DNA from: an uncultured delta proteobacterium
GTDB taxonomy: Bacteria > Desulfobacterota > Desulfobacteria > Desulfobacterales > JAHEIW01
Direction of reading: 5' to 3'
DNA: 64,000 nucleotides
Assembly: GCA_963706575.1 (NCBI GenBank)
Contig: CAVPNL010000006.1
Coordinates: 96,001-160,000 of the forward strand
Shown here: positions 29,330 to 41,163 of the stretch, piece by piece
Layout of the letters: every line of letters starts with the position of its first letter
Numbering within the stretch: the stretch's first letter is position 1
Position numbers and translations under genes: made by a program
Notes under the pieces: generated by a model
Seen by the model: only the letters and a program-made list of their open reading frames with translations
Told to the model about the DNA's origin: nothing
Database searches by the model: none

Positions 29330-30487
29330 TTAGGTACGTTCTGTAAGGTACGTTTCCAGCCGATCCATGCCTTCTTCAATATTTTCCAGGGAATTGGCGT
29401 AGGAAAACCGCAGATAGCCTTCGCCGTTTTGGCCAAAATCAATTCCGGGAGCGACGCCGACGTGGGCTTTTTCCAGAATGTCGAAGGCCAGTTTGTAGGA
29501 GTCTCCCGAGACATGCTTGGCGTTGGCAAAGACGTAAAAGGCGCCGGTGGGCTCCACGGTAATGCCGAATCCCAGTTCCTTTAGACGGCGGATCATAACC
29601 AGCCGGCGCTCGTTATAAATTTTTTGCATGCGGGCCACATCATCGCCGGCGTCTTTGAGGGCCGCAATGCCGGCCTGTTGAACCATGGCGTTGGCCGAAA
29701 TAAAAAAGTTTTGCTGCAGCTTTTGCATGGGGCGAATGTATGCTTTGGGTGCGATCACATAACCGAGACGAAGCCCTGTCATGGCAAACTGCTTGGAAAA
29801 ACCGTTGAGTACAAATGCGTGATCGGAAAACTCCAGAATCGAGTGCGCTTTGCCCTCATAGACCAGGCCGTGATAGATTTCATCGGAAACGATAAAAGGG
29901 CACTGCTCACATGTCGTTAGCTCGGCGATTTGCTGCATGCGGTCGGCCGACAGCAGGTTTCCGGTCGGATTGGAAGGCGAATTGATAAATACGGCCCGGG
30001 TTTGCGGCGTGATTTTTTCCCGGATGACTTCAGGCCGGTATTGGAAACCGTCTTCTTCATAGACCGGGATCGTTATCAGTTTGCCATCCACAAACCGGAT
30101 GAAATTTGGATAACAGGCATAATGCGGGTCCGAGATAATGACTTCATCCTGTTTTTCAAGCAGCGCCGCGAAAACCAGAAATATAGCCGGCGAGGAACCC
30201 GAGGTCACGACCACCTGGTCCGGATCAACCGATACCCGATAATGTTTTTGGTAATATTCACAGATCGCTTCCCGCAATTCGTACAGGCCCAGACTGTGGG
30301 TGTAATGGGTAAATCCGTCTTCAAGGGCCTTGCAGGCGGCTTCTTTGACGCAGGCGGGTGCATCAAAATCAGGCTCACCGACCTCCAGATGGATGATGCG
30401 GGCGCCTTCACGCTCCAGCTCCTGGGCCCTCTCCAGCACATCCATCACGATAAAGGATGTCATTTCTTCTGTGCGTTTTGAAGCCAT
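29330..30487 (-). CDS. PLP-dependent aminotransferase class I/II (aspartate aminotransferase-like)
   Basis: GEPDF, NSPSNPTG, SDEIY, GFSKQFAMTGLRLG. Confidence 0.92.
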   Translation of the reverse strand: MASKRTEEMTSFIVMDVLERAQELEREGARIIHLEVGEPDFDAPACVKEAACKALEDGFTHYTHSLGLYELREAICEYYQKHYRVSVDPDQVVVTSGSSPAIFLVFAALLEKQDEVIISDPHYACYPNFIRFVDGKLITIPVYEEDGFQYRPEVIREKITPQTRAVFINSPSNPTGNLLSADRMQQIAELTTCEQCPFIVSDEIYHGLVYEGKAHSILEFSDHAFVLNGFSKQFAMTGLRLGYVIAPKAYIRPMQKLQQNFFISANAMVQQAGIAALKDAGDDVARMQKIYNERRLVMIRRLKELGFGITVEPTGAFYVFANAKHVSGDSYKLAFDILEKAHVGVAPGIDFGQNGEGYLRFSYANSLENIEEGMDRLETYLTERT

Positions 30488-30529
30488 GGGTTATCCTTAT
30501 TAAATAGTATGGAACCGCAGAATACTAAA

Positions 30530-30611
30530 TGGCATAGGGCATAGCGCTAAAGACTGGGGCCTTCATGCTTTTTTGTTTAAACGCTTTGCTCTATGCGCCA
30601 TGCGCTATGCT
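30530..30611. repeat. Inverted heptamer repeat
   Basis: ggcatagggcatagcgc ... gctctatgcgccatgcgctatgc. Confidence 0.65.
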
Positions 30612-30665
30612 ATTTATATCGCCCGGAATCCAGCCTAACCCACCAGCGCCGTGCATGAATATAAA

Positions 30666-31541
30666 TTAAATGACCTTATTTAGCGGATACTCGATGATCC
30701 CTTCCGCTCCGTGCTTCAGAAGTTCGGGAATTAGATCGCGCACCTCCTCGGAACTGACCACAATCTCTACGGAAAACCATTTGGTGTTATAAAGCGATGC
30801 CACGGTGGGTGCATTCAGGCTCGGAAGCATGCCGATCACATCATCCATCTTTTCTTCGGGCACATTCATTTTGATGCCGACCATTTTTTCACCATGAAGG
30901 GCCCCTTTTAGCAAAAGTGCAATCTGCTCTATTTTTTGCCGCTTGGCTTCATTCTTCCAGGCTTCGTGGTTGGCAATCAGCTGGGTGTTGGTCTGCATGA
31001 GCTCATGGATCACCCGCAGGCCATGGGCTTTAATAGTGGCTTCGGTTTCGGTCACTTCCACCACCGCATCCGCCAGGCCGGAAACCGCCTTGGCTTCTGT
31101 TGCGCCCCAGGAAAATTCAACGCTGACATTTATTTTGCGATCTTTAAAATAGCGCCGGGTAAAATTCGTCATTTCAGTGGCGATTTTTTTCCCTTTGCAA
31201 TCTTCAATCTTTTTAATCTTTGAATCATACGGCACCGCCAGCACCCAGCGCGCCGGCCGGGAACTTACTTTAGAATAAATCAGATCGCTGACCATATGGA
31301 TGTCCGACTCATTTTCGGCGATCCAGTCCTTGCCGGTCAGTCCGGCATCCAGGGTGCCGTTTTCGACATAATTGGACATCTCCTGGGCGCGACAGATGTG
31401 GCACTCGATGGTATCATCATTGATTTCGGGGAAATAGCTTCTGCCATTAATGTTAATATCCCATCCTGAGCGATGGAACAGCGCAATCGTGGCATTTTGC
31501 AAGCTGCCTTTGGGAATTCCCAGTTTGAGTGGATTTTTCAT
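30666..31541 (-). CDS. hisG: ATP phosphoribosyltransferase (long form)
   Basis: [23 protein letters not shown]-terminal regulatory domain. Confidence 0.95.
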   Translation of the reverse strand: MKNPLKLGIPKGSLQNATIALFHRSGWDININGRSYFPEINDDTIECHICRAQEMSNYVENGTLDAGLTGKDWIAENESDIHMVSDLIYSKVSSRPARWVLAVPYDSKIKKIEDCKGKKIATEMTNFTRRYFKDRKINVSVEFSWGATEAKAVSGLADAVVEVTETEATIKAHGLRVIHELMQTNTQLIANHEAWKNEAKRQKIEQIALLLKGALHGEKMVGIKMNVPEEKMDDVIGMLPSLNAPTVASLYNTKWFSVEIVVSSEEVRDLIPELLKHGAEGIIEYPLNKVI

Positions 31542-31915
31542 TTGCCGTATATCTCCTTGGGATCAAATACGGGCTCTCCGATTATCTTTACGGACCCGTC
31601 TTTTATTTTTTTGTGGAAGCAGCTGCGGTGCCCGGTATGACAGGTTGCACCGCCAAGCTGTTCAATTTTTAACAGCACCGTGTCATCGTCGCAATCGATG
31701 CGGATTTCTTTTACAATTTGCTGATGGCCGGAAGTCTGGCCTTTGACCCACAGCTCCTGGCGGGTGCGACTCCAATAGGTCGCTTTTCCGGTATTCAGCG
31801 TGGCCTCCCAGGCCTGCTGATTCATAAACCCCAGCATCAGAACCTCACCGGTCTTATAATCCTGCGCGATCGCCGGAATAAGGCCGTTCATTTTATCAAA
31901 GTTTGGTGTCATCAT
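31538..31915 (-). CDS. hisI: Phosphoribosyl-AMP cyclohydrolase
   Basis: [29 protein letters not shown]. Confidence 0.95.
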   Translation of the reverse strand: MMTPNFDKMNGLIPAIAQDYKTGEVLMLGFMNQQAWEATLNTGKATYWSRTRQELWVKGQTSGHQQIVKEIRIDCDDDTVLLKIEQLGGATCHTGHRSCFHKKIKDGSVKIIGEPVFDPKEIYGK

Positions 31916-32125
31916 TTTTATAAAATCACATGTTGAAATTGTTCTCTAAACGGGTTAAATTAAAAGTTTATGGTACGGAAAATTTTTAGGTAAAAATTTT
32001 ATCTTTTGAAATTGTAAACTTTCATAGCTAACCGCAACACGGTTGAATGTCAATTAAATTATTTAATTTCTAACCCTGACCAAGCCGGGGCTAAACGGCT
32101 ATAATACCACGAAGATCACAAAGTA

Positions 32126-34555
32126 ATGCCGAACCGAAAAACCAAATCCAAGATTTTAAAACAACGCAAAAGACCTAAAAAGCGGCGGTTTTTCCAAAAA
32201 ATGTTGCTATGGTTGTTTGTGCTTGGTTTTTTTGTTGCGATCCTGGGGGCACTGGCCGGTGTCGGCGTATATTTCTACATCAGCAAGGATCTACCCCATA
32301 TTAACTCTTTAACCGAATATCATCCTTCCATCATCACCAACGTCTACTCGGATGACGGCCGCAAGATTGCCGAGTTCTTTAATGAACGGCGGATTATAAA
32401 ACCTCTGGATGAAATGCCCGCGGCGTTGATTAATGCCTTTATTGCCGCAGAAGATTCTCGCTTTTACAAACATCAGGGCATTGATTTTTACAGTATTGTC
32501 CGGGCCTTTTTCAAAAACCTGGAGGCCGGTACCATCGTTCAAGGCGGCAGTACCATCACCCAACAGGTGACCAAATCCTTTTTGTTGTCGCCTGAAAGAA
32601 GCTACACTCGCAAATTAAAGGAAGCCATTCTGGCCTATCGGATCGACAAAGCATTTAACAAAGACGAGATTCTTTATCTGTATTTGAACCAGATTTACCT
32701 GGGGCATGGCGCTTACGGTGTGGAGGCGGCTGCTGAAAATTATTTTGGTAAAACAGTAAAGGATCTAAATATGGCCGAATGCGCCATCCTGGCGGGATTA
32801 CCCCAGGCGCCCAGCAAATATTCGCCGTTTAAATATCCGGAACGGGCCAAACAGCGGCAAATCTATACGTTAAACCGTATGGTGGATGAAGGCTTTATTT
32901 CCAACATCCAGGCCACCGAAGCCATTAATACCGTTGTGGAGATTAAGCCGCGCCGCAACTGGTATATTGAAGAAATTCCTTACTACACCGAACAGGTCCG
33001 CCGCTATGTCGAGGAAAAATACGGCCGCGATGTCCTATACACTCAGGGTCTCGAGATCTATACAGCCGCCAGTATCGAGATGCAAAAAATCGCCCGGGAA
33101 GAGGTTGAAAAAGGCCTGTATGATCTGGATAAGCGCCAGGGTTTCCGGGGACCGCTAAAAAATTTGGCCCCGGAAGAAATTGAGACATTTTCCCGCACGA
33201 TTCAATCCGAGCTGGGCGACAATTCACTTCAAGCCGGCCAGACCATTAAAGGTGTTGTCGTAAAAGTGGACGATAAAAACAAAACAGTCACGGTTCGAAT
33301 CGGAAATTTTCTGGGACAGATCGCGCTTGAGGATATGGAGTGGGCCCGCAAAGTGGACCTGGAGGTCGCTTACTATGAAACCAAAGTAAAACGTCCCGGT
33401 GAAGCGTTGGCTGCCGGAGATGTGATTCTGGTTAAAGTTAAAGAAAAAAAGAAGGATTCGGATTTATGGCAGCTGGCTTTGGAACAGGAGCCGGTGGCCC
33501 AGGCAGCGCTGCTGTGTTTAGAGGCTGAAACCGGATTCATCAAGGCCATGGTCGGCGGCCGCGATTTTCGCGACAGCCAGTTTCATCGGGCTTTGCAATC
33601 CAGGCGCCAGCCGGGTTCGGCCTTTAAACCCATCATTTATGCGGCGGCATTAGACAAGCAGTTTGATGATGAACCCGATAGATTTTATAACCCCGCCTCG
33701 GTGATTATTGATTCACCGATCGTGTTTGAAGACGAAGAGCGGGATTTTACCTGGAAGCCGAAGAACTATAAAGAGCGATTTTTCGGCCCCACCCTGATGC
33801 GCGACGCCCTGGCCAAATCACGCAATGTGGTGACGATCAAGATATTGCAGGATATCGGCATTGATTATGCCATCGAATACGCCCGTAAACTGGGAATAAC
33901 CTCTGATATGGCCAAAGATCTCTCTATCGCCCTGGGGTCCTCGGGTGTATCGTTGCTGGAGTTGACCAAAGCCTATTCGGTGTTCGCCAATCAGGGGTAT
34001 CTGGTTGAACCGGTATTTATCACAAAAATTGTCGACCGCGAAGGCAATGTGCTTGAAGAGGCGGCGCCGGAGCGCATCAAAGTCATCGAAAAGACGACCG
34101 CCTACCTGATGACGCACATGCTGGAAGGTGTGGTCAAGTACGGGACCGGCTGGCGCGCTAAGGCCTTAAACCGTCCGGTGGCGGGCAAGACCGGCACCAC
34201 CAATAATTTATTTGATGCCTGGTTTATGGGCTATACCCCCCAGTATATCACCGGGACCTGGGTGGGTTTTGATGACGAGGCCCCGCTGGGAAAATCCGAA
34301 ACAGGCTCCCGGGCTGCCAGCCCAATCTGGCTGGGTTTTATGAAGCGAGTTCTGGAAGATAAGCCCCCCAAAATTTTCGAGGTGCCGGAAGGCATTGTCT
34401 TTACCAAAATCGATGCTGAGACCGGGCTTTTGCCGATTCCCGAATCCAAAGAAACCGTTTTTGTTTCCTTTAAGGAAGGCACCGAGCCGACCGAATACAC
34501 GAAAAGACCGGGCGATATTGCCGATACGGGGGAGTTTTTCAAAAAAGATTTATAA
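32126..34555 (+). CDS. mrcA: Penicillin-binding protein 1A
   Basis: AEDSRFYKH, GGSTITQQ, RQPGSAFKP, SRN, GKTGT. Confidence 0.95.
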   Translation: MPNRKTKSKILKQRKRPKKRRFFQKMLLWLFVLGFFVAILGALAGVGVYFYISKDLPHINSLTEYHPSIITNVYSDDGRKIAEFFNERRIIKPLDEMPAALINAFIAAEDSRFYKHQGIDFYSIVRAFFKNLEAGTIVQGGSTITQQVTKSFLLSPERSYTRKLKEAILAYRIDKAFNKDEILYLYLNQIYLGHGAYGVEAAAENYFGKTVKDLNMAECAILAGLPQAPSKYSPFKYPERAKQRQIYTLNRMVDEGFISNIQATEAINTVVEIKPRRNWYIEEIPYYTEQVRRYVEEKYGRDVLYTQGLEIYTAASIEMQKIAREEVEKGLYDLDKRQGFRGPLKNLAPEEIETFSRTIQSELGDNSLQAGQTIKGVVVKVDDKNKTVTVRIGNFLGQIALEDMEWARKVDLEVAYYETKVKRPGEALAAGDVILVKVKEKKKDSDLWQLALEQEPVAQAALLCLEAETGFIKAMVGGRDFRDSQFHRALQSRRQPGSAFKPIIYAAALDKQFDDEPDRFYNPASVIIDSPIVFEDEERDFTWKPKNYKERFFGPTLMRDALAKSRNVVTIKILQDIGIDYAIEYARKLGITSDMAKDLSIALGSSGVSLLELTKAYSVFANQGYLVEPVFITKIVDREGNVLEEAAPERIKVIEKTTAYLMTHMLEGVVKYGTGWRAKALNRPVAGKTGTTNNLFDAWFMGYTPQYITGTWVGFDDEAPLGKSETGSRAASPIWLGFMKRVLEDKPPKIFEVPEGIVFTKIDAETGLLPIPESKETVFVSFKEGTEPTEYTKRPGDIADTGEFFKKDL

Positions 34556-34560
34556 ATAAA

Positions 34561-34650
34561 TTAGGTATTGGGTATTAGGTATTGGCTTGGGTACTGGGTA
34601 TTTGCTGTCAAGTCCTAAAACCAATACCCAGTACGGAATACCCAATACCA
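34561..34650. repeat. Inverted heptamer repeat
   Basis: ttaggtattgggtattagg...ccaatacccagtac..aatacccaatacc between convergent genes. Confidence 0.7.
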
Positions 34651-34669
34651 GCCGAACTTTTACGAGACC

Positions 34670-35866
34670 TCATTGAGGGGCTGGATACACATACTTTTTA
34701 GTGGCCAGATGTTTGGGCCATACAATTTCGGCTTTACCATTGAGCCATTGCACCAGGAAAGTCGGCAATTTATTTTGCTGGCTTTTTTTATTGTAGGAAA
34801 TAAATTTAACCGGTCCCAATACGGTCATCAGGTTGGTTTTGGCCAGCGCATCGCGAATATTTTTAGGTCCTGATACCTTGGTGCGTTTTAGCGCGTCGGC
34901 GATCACGGTGATGCCGGCATAGGCCTCAGCCCCGTAATGTTCGGGTGGGGTCTTGTATCTGGCAATAAACTTTTCATTGAAAGTAGCGGCTCCGGGGTGA
35001 GGCACCGCGGGCGTCCAGATTGCGCTGCAGACAATATGATCGGAAGCCTTCCCGGCGTGCGCTGCAAATTCAGGCTGGACAAAGCCATTTCCCCCGCCGA
35101 CAAACAGTTTCGGATTCAGCTTCAGGTCCCTGGATTGGCGCACCAGCAATGCGGCGCCTTTGGCATTGTCAACAGCCGCGTATATTAGATCGGGATTCTT
35201 AGCCTTCACGCGGGTCAACAATGGCCTGAAATCGGCAGCGCCGGTCTCAAAACCTTCCCTGATAACCGGCTTTAAGCCCAGTTCGTCAGCTTTTTTGAAA
35301 AATCTGCGGGCGTCGGCAGCATGTTTAAGCGAATTTGCATGCACGATGGCAACGGTTCGAATGTCGCTGGCAACGCTGGTAACAGTTGAAACAAAAGAGG
35401 CCACTGCATCCAGTCGCTCACTCACCGGCGGATTCAGCCTGAAGATGTATTCCCAGCTTTGCTCGGTGATTTTGTCCGCCGCAGCACTGTTGACCAGAAA
35501 TGGGATTTTTTTTGTTTGGGCGATGGAAATGGCTGCCCAGGTTACCGTACTCGAAAAGCCGCCGCCGATCACAAGGACCTTGTCCCGGTTGATTAACTTT
35601 TGAATGGCGCTGCGTCCTACATCCGGATTGCTCTGTGTATCTGCCTCGATAAACTCAATTTTTTTACCGTTTATTCCGCCGCCGGCATTGACTTCTGCGG
35701 CTGCCATCAAAACCGCTTTTTGCTGAATGTGCCCGAAGGTCGCCTGGCGGCCTGTAAGCGGCAGCATGACCCCGATCTTTAATGCGCTGGCAGCCATTGC
35801 GCTGGAAAGCATGATTCCGCTGATCAATGTAAAAAAACTGAAAGCAATAACCGCTTTTTTCGTCAA
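34670..35866 (-). CDS. LivJ-type ABC substrate-binding protein
   Basis: Signal peptide, KIGVMLPLTG, GGINGKKI, YIFRL. Confidence 0.88.
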   Translation of the reverse strand: MTKKAVIAFSFFTLISGIMLSSAMAASALKIGVMLPLTGRQATFGHIQQKAVLMAAAEVNAGGGINGKKIEFIEADTQSNPDVGRSAIQKLINRDKVLVIGGGFSSTVTWAAISIAQTKKIPFLVNSAAADKITEQSWEYIFRLNPPVSERLDAVASFVSTVTSVASDIRTVAIVHANSLKHAADARRFFKKADELGLKPVIREGFETGAADFRPLLTRVKAKNPDLIYAAVDNAKGAALLVRQSRDLKLNPKLFVGGGNGFVQPEFAAHAGKASDHIVCSAIWTPAVPHPGAATFNEKFIARYKTPPEHYGAEAYAGITVIADALKRTKVSGPKNIRDALAKTNLMTVLGPVKFISYNKKSQQNKLPTFLVQWLNGKAEIVWPKHLATKKYVYPAPQ

Positions 35867-35932
35867 GTTTATCTCCCCGTCAAATTGTTTTTCACCAAAA
35901 AGGCAGAAATAATTTTATACCCGCGGGTTGCA

Positions 35933-36571
35933 TCAGGGTTCAATCAACTGATTTTGCATGGCAAAACGAGATAACTCCGCGTTGTTGCGCAACCCGAGCT
36001 TTTTGAGCAGGCGTGCACGATAGGTATCTACGGTTTTGATACTGATGTGATAGGCGTGGGATATTTCACGGTTGGTCTGCCCCATAGCCAGGCGTCGTAA
36101 AACCTGCAATTCCCGCATGGATAAAGAATCCAGTAAAGACTGCCCGTCGGAGCCCCTGGCAATTCTCAGCGCCAGGGCTTCAGCGGCTTCATCCGTGAGA
36201 TAACGTTGGCCGGCGTGGACTTTACGGATGGCGTTGACCAGCTGCTCCGGTGCCGATTGTTTGGTGAGGTAGCCCATGGCACCGGCCTGAATCGCGCGAA
36301 CCACGTATTGCCCCTCTTCGTGCATCGTGAGGACCAAAATCGGCAATTCTGGGTGGCGGGTCTGCAGTTGGCTGATGACTTCCAAGCCATCCAGGCCGGG
36401 CATGGATATATCGATGACGGCCACATCCGGATCTGTTTTTTTGACCTGCTGAATGGCCTCGCGACCGTCATCGGCTTCAGCAACCACCTGCATATCACCA
36501 CTTTCCTCGACAATGCGGCGCAGTCCGGCACGCACGATGCTGTGGTCGTCTGCAAGGAGTACCTTGATCAA
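35933..36571 (-). CDS. NarL/LuxR family response regulator
   Basis: LADDH, DISMP, GYLTK, LSMRE..GQTNREI..ISIKTV; TTG start (the upstream extension runs through a repeat). Confidence 0.92.
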   Translation of the reverse strand: MIKVLLADDHSIVRAGLRRIVEESGDMQVVAEADDGREAIQQVKKTDPDVAVIDISMPGLDGLEVISQLQTRHPELPILVLTMHEEGQYVVRAIQAGAMGYLTKQSAPEQLVNAIRKVHAGQRYLTDEAAEALALRIARGSDGQSLLDSLSMRELQVLRRLAMGQTNREISHAYHISIKTVDTYRARLLKKLGLRNNAELSRFAMQNQLIEP

Positions 36572-36604
36572 AATGGAGCCTCTTTTTGATTTTATTGAAT
36601 ATGC

Positions 36605-36672
36605 CTCACGCAAAGACGCAAAGGCGCCAAGTAAAAAACCTATTTTTATTTTCTCTTTGCGCCTTTGCGAGA
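36605..36672. repeat. Inverted short-period repeat
   Basis: CACGCAAAGACGCAAAGGCGCCAAG ... CTTTGCGCCTTTGCGAG. Confidence 0.7.
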
Positions 36673-36689
36673 GGTTATCAAATCTTCCG

Positions 36690-39161
36690 CTAACCAGTAG
36701 AACCCAGCTGCCCATCTATCGGCACTTTGAAATACACCCGGGTTCCCTTTTTCGGTTCGGAATGGACTTCTAAAGCACCGCCGACAAGGGTGGCGCGTTC
36801 GCGCATACCGGCCACTCCCAGACCTTCGGATTCAGACAGATGTTGCGATTCAAATCCCTGACCATCATCGACGACAGCAAGGGTCAAAAGGCCATCGCGG
36901 GTTTTTAATACCACCTCGACACGATTGGCGGATGCGTGGCGCGCGACATTCGTCAGCGCTTCCTGGGCGATCCGATAGGCTGCGGTGGAAATGCCGTCGC
37001 TGAGGCTCGAAACATCATTGTGTTCAAACACACAGGCAATTTCGGTGCGTCTTTCAAAATCAGCCGTATACCACTCCAGCGCATCCACCAGTCCCAGGTC
37101 GTCGAAAACGCCCGGGTCGCAGGCGAAATGCCATGCCGCGCACATCCTCGATGTTCTTATCGATCAGCCGACACATTGTCAAGGCGCGTTGCGAGGCTTT
37201 AGGATCCGCTTGCTTTAAGCGCTCATACATCCAGACCGAATCCATGCGCAATGCGGTCAGAACCTGCCCCAGTTCATCGTGCAGCTCCCGGGCAATGGCC
37301 GAGCGCTCTTTTTCCTGATTGGCCATGATGCTGCCGGAAAGACGGCGCAGTTGCGTCTGGGCTTTTTTGACCGCCGTTATATCGTTTAAGATCCCGCATA
37401 CACCGCTGATCGCACCGGATTCATCATAAATCGGAAATTTAACCGCCAGGTAGGTATGCATTTCATTGGACTGTTGAATCTGTTCTTCGACCTGCAAAGA
37501 TCGGGATTCTGCTAAAACCTGCGAGTCGCTTGCGCGAAATTGGTCAGCGATCTGTTTTGGCAAAATGTCATAATCTGTTTTGCCGCGAATGTCCGTGTTG
37601 CGGACATTGAACAGCTCTTCATAACGCGTATTGACTAGCGTATAGCGCCCCGCTTTGTCCTTGATGTAAACCACCGCCGGTGTATAGGTTAATATATTGG
37701 TGATTTCCTCGGTTTGTTTGCGAACCAGGCGCTCAAGATCCTTGGAGTACAGGCTGAGCTCTTCCTTGGCTTGTTTTAAAGCCTCTTCGGCCCGTTTACG
37801 CTGGGTGACATCAATCGAGACGGCCAGGGATCTTTTTATTTTACCGGTAGCATCCCGATCGGCAATGGCCGAAAGCAGGACGTCGATTTTTTCTCCACTC
37901 TTTTTGACAAACTGATAGGGAATGTCCTGACAGAATACCGTTCTTAAAAAATTGAGGGAATGCGGTTTTCTCTGCATATTGGCGCGACTGCGGGGTGAAA
38001 AAATCCGTTAGCGGGCGTCCGATGACTTCGTCCCTTGAATATCCCATCACCTCCATCCAATAATCACTGACGCTGACCAGCCGGCCCTTCGGGTCGATGG
38101 AATGCAACATCGCCGGCGTATGGTGATACAAAGATCGGTAACGCCCCTCGCTTTCGCGGAGCGCTTGTTCAGCTGATCGTCTTTGCCGGATTTCATGACT
38201 GGCCTGGCGGTATAAAAAGAAAACCGCTATGCCGATCAGCACACATAGAGCCAGTACAATGGGACCGGTGGTTTTAATCAGCGGCTCGATCACGGTTTTG
38301 GTAATGGCATCCAGCTCGCGTAAATGCACCACGTTCCACTCCGGATAGTTTGATCCCAGTTCCGCGACATGGATCTGGTACTCATTGCCGGCACGGTCCA
38401 CGATATAGTCTCCCTTCGATTCCAAACCGGTCCATCTCCAGGGCCCGGTACCGAATTGACGGGATCTTTCAATTAACGGGATATTATCCTCATTGTATGG
38501 CCACAACAGATGATAGAGCCATTCTTTGCGGTTGGAAATAAAAACAACCCCGTGGGGGTCATTGACCATCAAAATTTCATCTAATTCCGTCCCCAACTGG
38601 CTTTCGATCAACTCAATCGACGCTTTGATAACGACAATGCCGACCGGGGAGGATCTATTTTCCGCAAACACCGGATGGCCGTAATAGGCGCCGCGTTTGC
38701 CGGATGCGGTACCCAGGGCCAGATAGGTGCTTGGGTTTTCCTGAAATGGCATCTTTAAAATAGGGTCGGAACGCAAAATTTTGGCCCACAAAACTATCGG
38801 GTGCATTGCGGTTGGTCGAGGCAATGGTTTTGCCGCTGGGGTCCATCAGATAACACACATCCGCAGCCAGCGTTTTCTTGAAATGATCCAGGGTGGCATT
38901 GGCTTCTGCCAGGTTTTGCCATCGGGCTGGTTCAGGGCCAAGCTGGAGCGGTTTCATGCCGGCCAGGGTTTTTACGGGTTTGACGTTTTCAGCAAGGAAG
39001 ATGGTTAAATTTTTTTTAATGGTTCTCAGGCGCAGATCCGCCTGTCGTTCGGCTTCTTTCAGGGCGGATTCTTTCAAAGAGGAATAATACAGATACCCGC
39101 CTGCGGAGGCTGATAAAAAAGCCAGCAAAGACAAAACGATTAAAATAATACGAAGCTTCAT
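36690..39161 (-). CDS. Sensor histidine kinase (Cache sensor, two PAS, HisKA_3, HATPase), split by three +1 frameshifts
   Basis: Four consecutive ORFs join at about 38737, 37936 and 37113; motifs FRPYF, ARELHDELGQ, QEALTNVARH, DDGQG, GLGVAGMRER. Confidence 0.85.
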
Positions 39162-39470
39162 GGTTCTTTTTTTCCGATTCGGCAGCTTTATGGAATGTAC
39201 CGATAAGGCTCTGCCCTAGTTCACTTAGCTCTCAATTGGAAAAATGGAAAATTGGAATGTTGGGTTTGTTAAGCATCCCATTGAAAAATATTATGACGCG
39301 GATGTTTTATCTTTTTTACCATTATTCCATTATTTCATGCAGGCGATATAAAACCCTCGTCTTTAAAAGCTACATGCATTCAATATGTTATAGAAATCCT
39401 GAAACGTTTGTTATTTTTACACCAACCCGGGCACGATGGCAAATAATTTCAAAAGACAGGAACGAATACT

Positions 39471-39489
39471 TGTAAGAAATAATCTGACA
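39471..39489. promoter_or_regulatory. Putative NarL/LuxR-type binding palindrome upstream of a TTGACA box
   Basis: TGTAAGAAATAATCTGACA, followed by a partial copy and TTGACA at 39511. Confidence 0.45.
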
Positions 39490-39772
39490 AGAAAATCAGA
39501 AATCGTCTAATTGACAGTTTTAGCGCTTATTTGTAGGTATGAATACCTTAATTATTGCAAATAGCCTTTTCTCTGCTGAAAGGCATCGATATCCACCACA
39601 CCCATGTGCTTGAATTGCAGCGGCTGGTCTCAGCTCGTTCAAACGGCTATTTTGCTTTTTAGATAACGTTGGCTGCTGTTTAAGGAAACTGGCCATCCTT
39701 ACCCGGCCAACTTAATAAATGTTTTTCCACTGATCTATTATTTGCCTTTTTGGTCGTGATGGGAGGTGGATC

Positions 39773-40960
39773 ATGAAGCCGACATTCAAATTTTTATTTT
39801 ATCTTGTCATCCTTTCCGCAATTGCAGCAAATTTAGCCGCCCCGGCAACCACTTCTGCGTCTGAGCCCCTGGTTATCGGCGTCCCGCATTCAGAGGCGTA
39901 TACCTACGCCAACATGATGAAAAATTCATTTGAAATGGCTCTGGAGGCCATCAACAAGCAAGGCGGAATCAAGGGCCGGCTTCTAAAGCTGGTGTATGCC
40001 AACGACCAGGGCAAACCAAAGCCCGGAGAAAAAGCGATCGTAGAGCTGGTCGAAAAAAACGGAGCCGTTATGCTGGTGGGCGGCTATCAAAGCAGCAACA
40101 CCGTATTCATGGCCAGAATGGCCGATAAGCTCGACCGGCCTTTTCTGGTGTGCACGGCTGCCGATGACCGCATCACGCAAAGAAAGTGGAAAAATGTCTA
40201 TCGACTGAACCCGCCGGCCCAGGGTTACACCAATGGACTGGAAGATTTTTTTCTGAATAAAATCAAGCCCAAATCCATGGCCATCGTATATGAAAACAGC
40301 CCTTACGGCACCAGTGGCGCCATGCGGATGATGTGGTTTTGCCGGGGAAATGACATTGAGCTACGCGCCATCGAGCCTTACCACAAGGAAAGGCTCAGCC
40401 CGGACTATTTTAAACGCATTGTTGCGCGCTTGAAAGACAATCCGCCCGATGTGATTTACATGGTCTCCTACCTCAAGGATGGGGCCTTGCTGGTCAAAAA
40501 TATTCGAGATGCAAAGATCAAGTCATTGCTGTGTGGTGGTGCCGGCGGCTTTACGAGCCAAAAATTTATCACCGCTGCCGGGACCAGCGCCAATTATCTG
40601 TTGACCGCAACCCTGTGGACCCCGCAATTACAGTATCCGGGGACAAAAGAATATTACGATCAATATGCGAAAAAATACGGCAGTTCGCCGGACTATCACG
40701 GCGCCGAAGCCTATTCGGCCTTACTGGTGGCGGCGGATGTCTTGAAGCGGGCCGATTCGTATAGCCCCGCAAGTATTCGGGCAGCCCTGGACCAAACCGA
40801 TTTGATGACGCCCTTCGGCCCGGTGAAGTTTACCTCATATGAGAACTTTGAAAGACAAAATAATTTGCCGACTCAGGTTTTACAAATCATTAACGGCAAA
40901 TTCGAGTGTGTCTGGCCGCAAGAACTTGCAACGACCAATTTTGCTTCACCCCCTGAATGA
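39773..40960 (+). CDS. LivJ-type ABC substrate-binding protein (paralog of 34670-35866)
   Basis: Signal peptide; shares GAEAY, T.LMT..GPVKF.SY, QN.LPT and VWP with the upstream paralog. Confidence 0.88.
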   Translation: MKPTFKFLFYLVILSAIAANLAAPATTSASEPLVIGVPHSEAYTYANMMKNSFEMALEAINKQGGIKGRLLKLVYANDQGKPKPGEKAIVELVEKNGAVMLVGGYQSSNTVFMARMADKLDRPFLVCTAADDRITQRKWKNVYRLNPPAQGYTNGLEDFFLNKIKPKSMAIVYENSPYGTSGAMRMMWFCRGNDIELRAIEPYHKERLSPDYFKRIVARLKDNPPDVIYMVSYLKDGALLVKNIRDAKIKSLLCGGAGGFTSQKFITAAGTSANYLLTATLWTPQLQYPGTKEYYDQYAKKYGSSPDYHGAEAYSALLVAADVLKRADSYSPASIRAALDQTDLMTPFGPVKFTSYENFERQNNLPTQVLQIINGKFECVWPQELATTNFASPPE

Positions 40961-41163
40961 AATGTCAGTGATTAGGCGGTTCCACTGCGGTTAAACATCG
41001 CAGCAGCCTATTGTAAAGTATTAAAATTGGAAGGAGGTGGTCTTCAAAGAAAAGCGTGACGGTACAAAAGACAACAAAAACTGAAATGGCATATCATGCG
41101 CCCAAATGGTTTGGTGGTATGATGCCAAAACCTTAACTAACTATAATTTTTAGGAGAGATATC

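Noticed and set aside
36572..36715. N-terminal extension of the response regulator in the ORF track
   Set aside because: It is a translation of the intergenic inverted repeat; the receiver domain starts at TTG 36571
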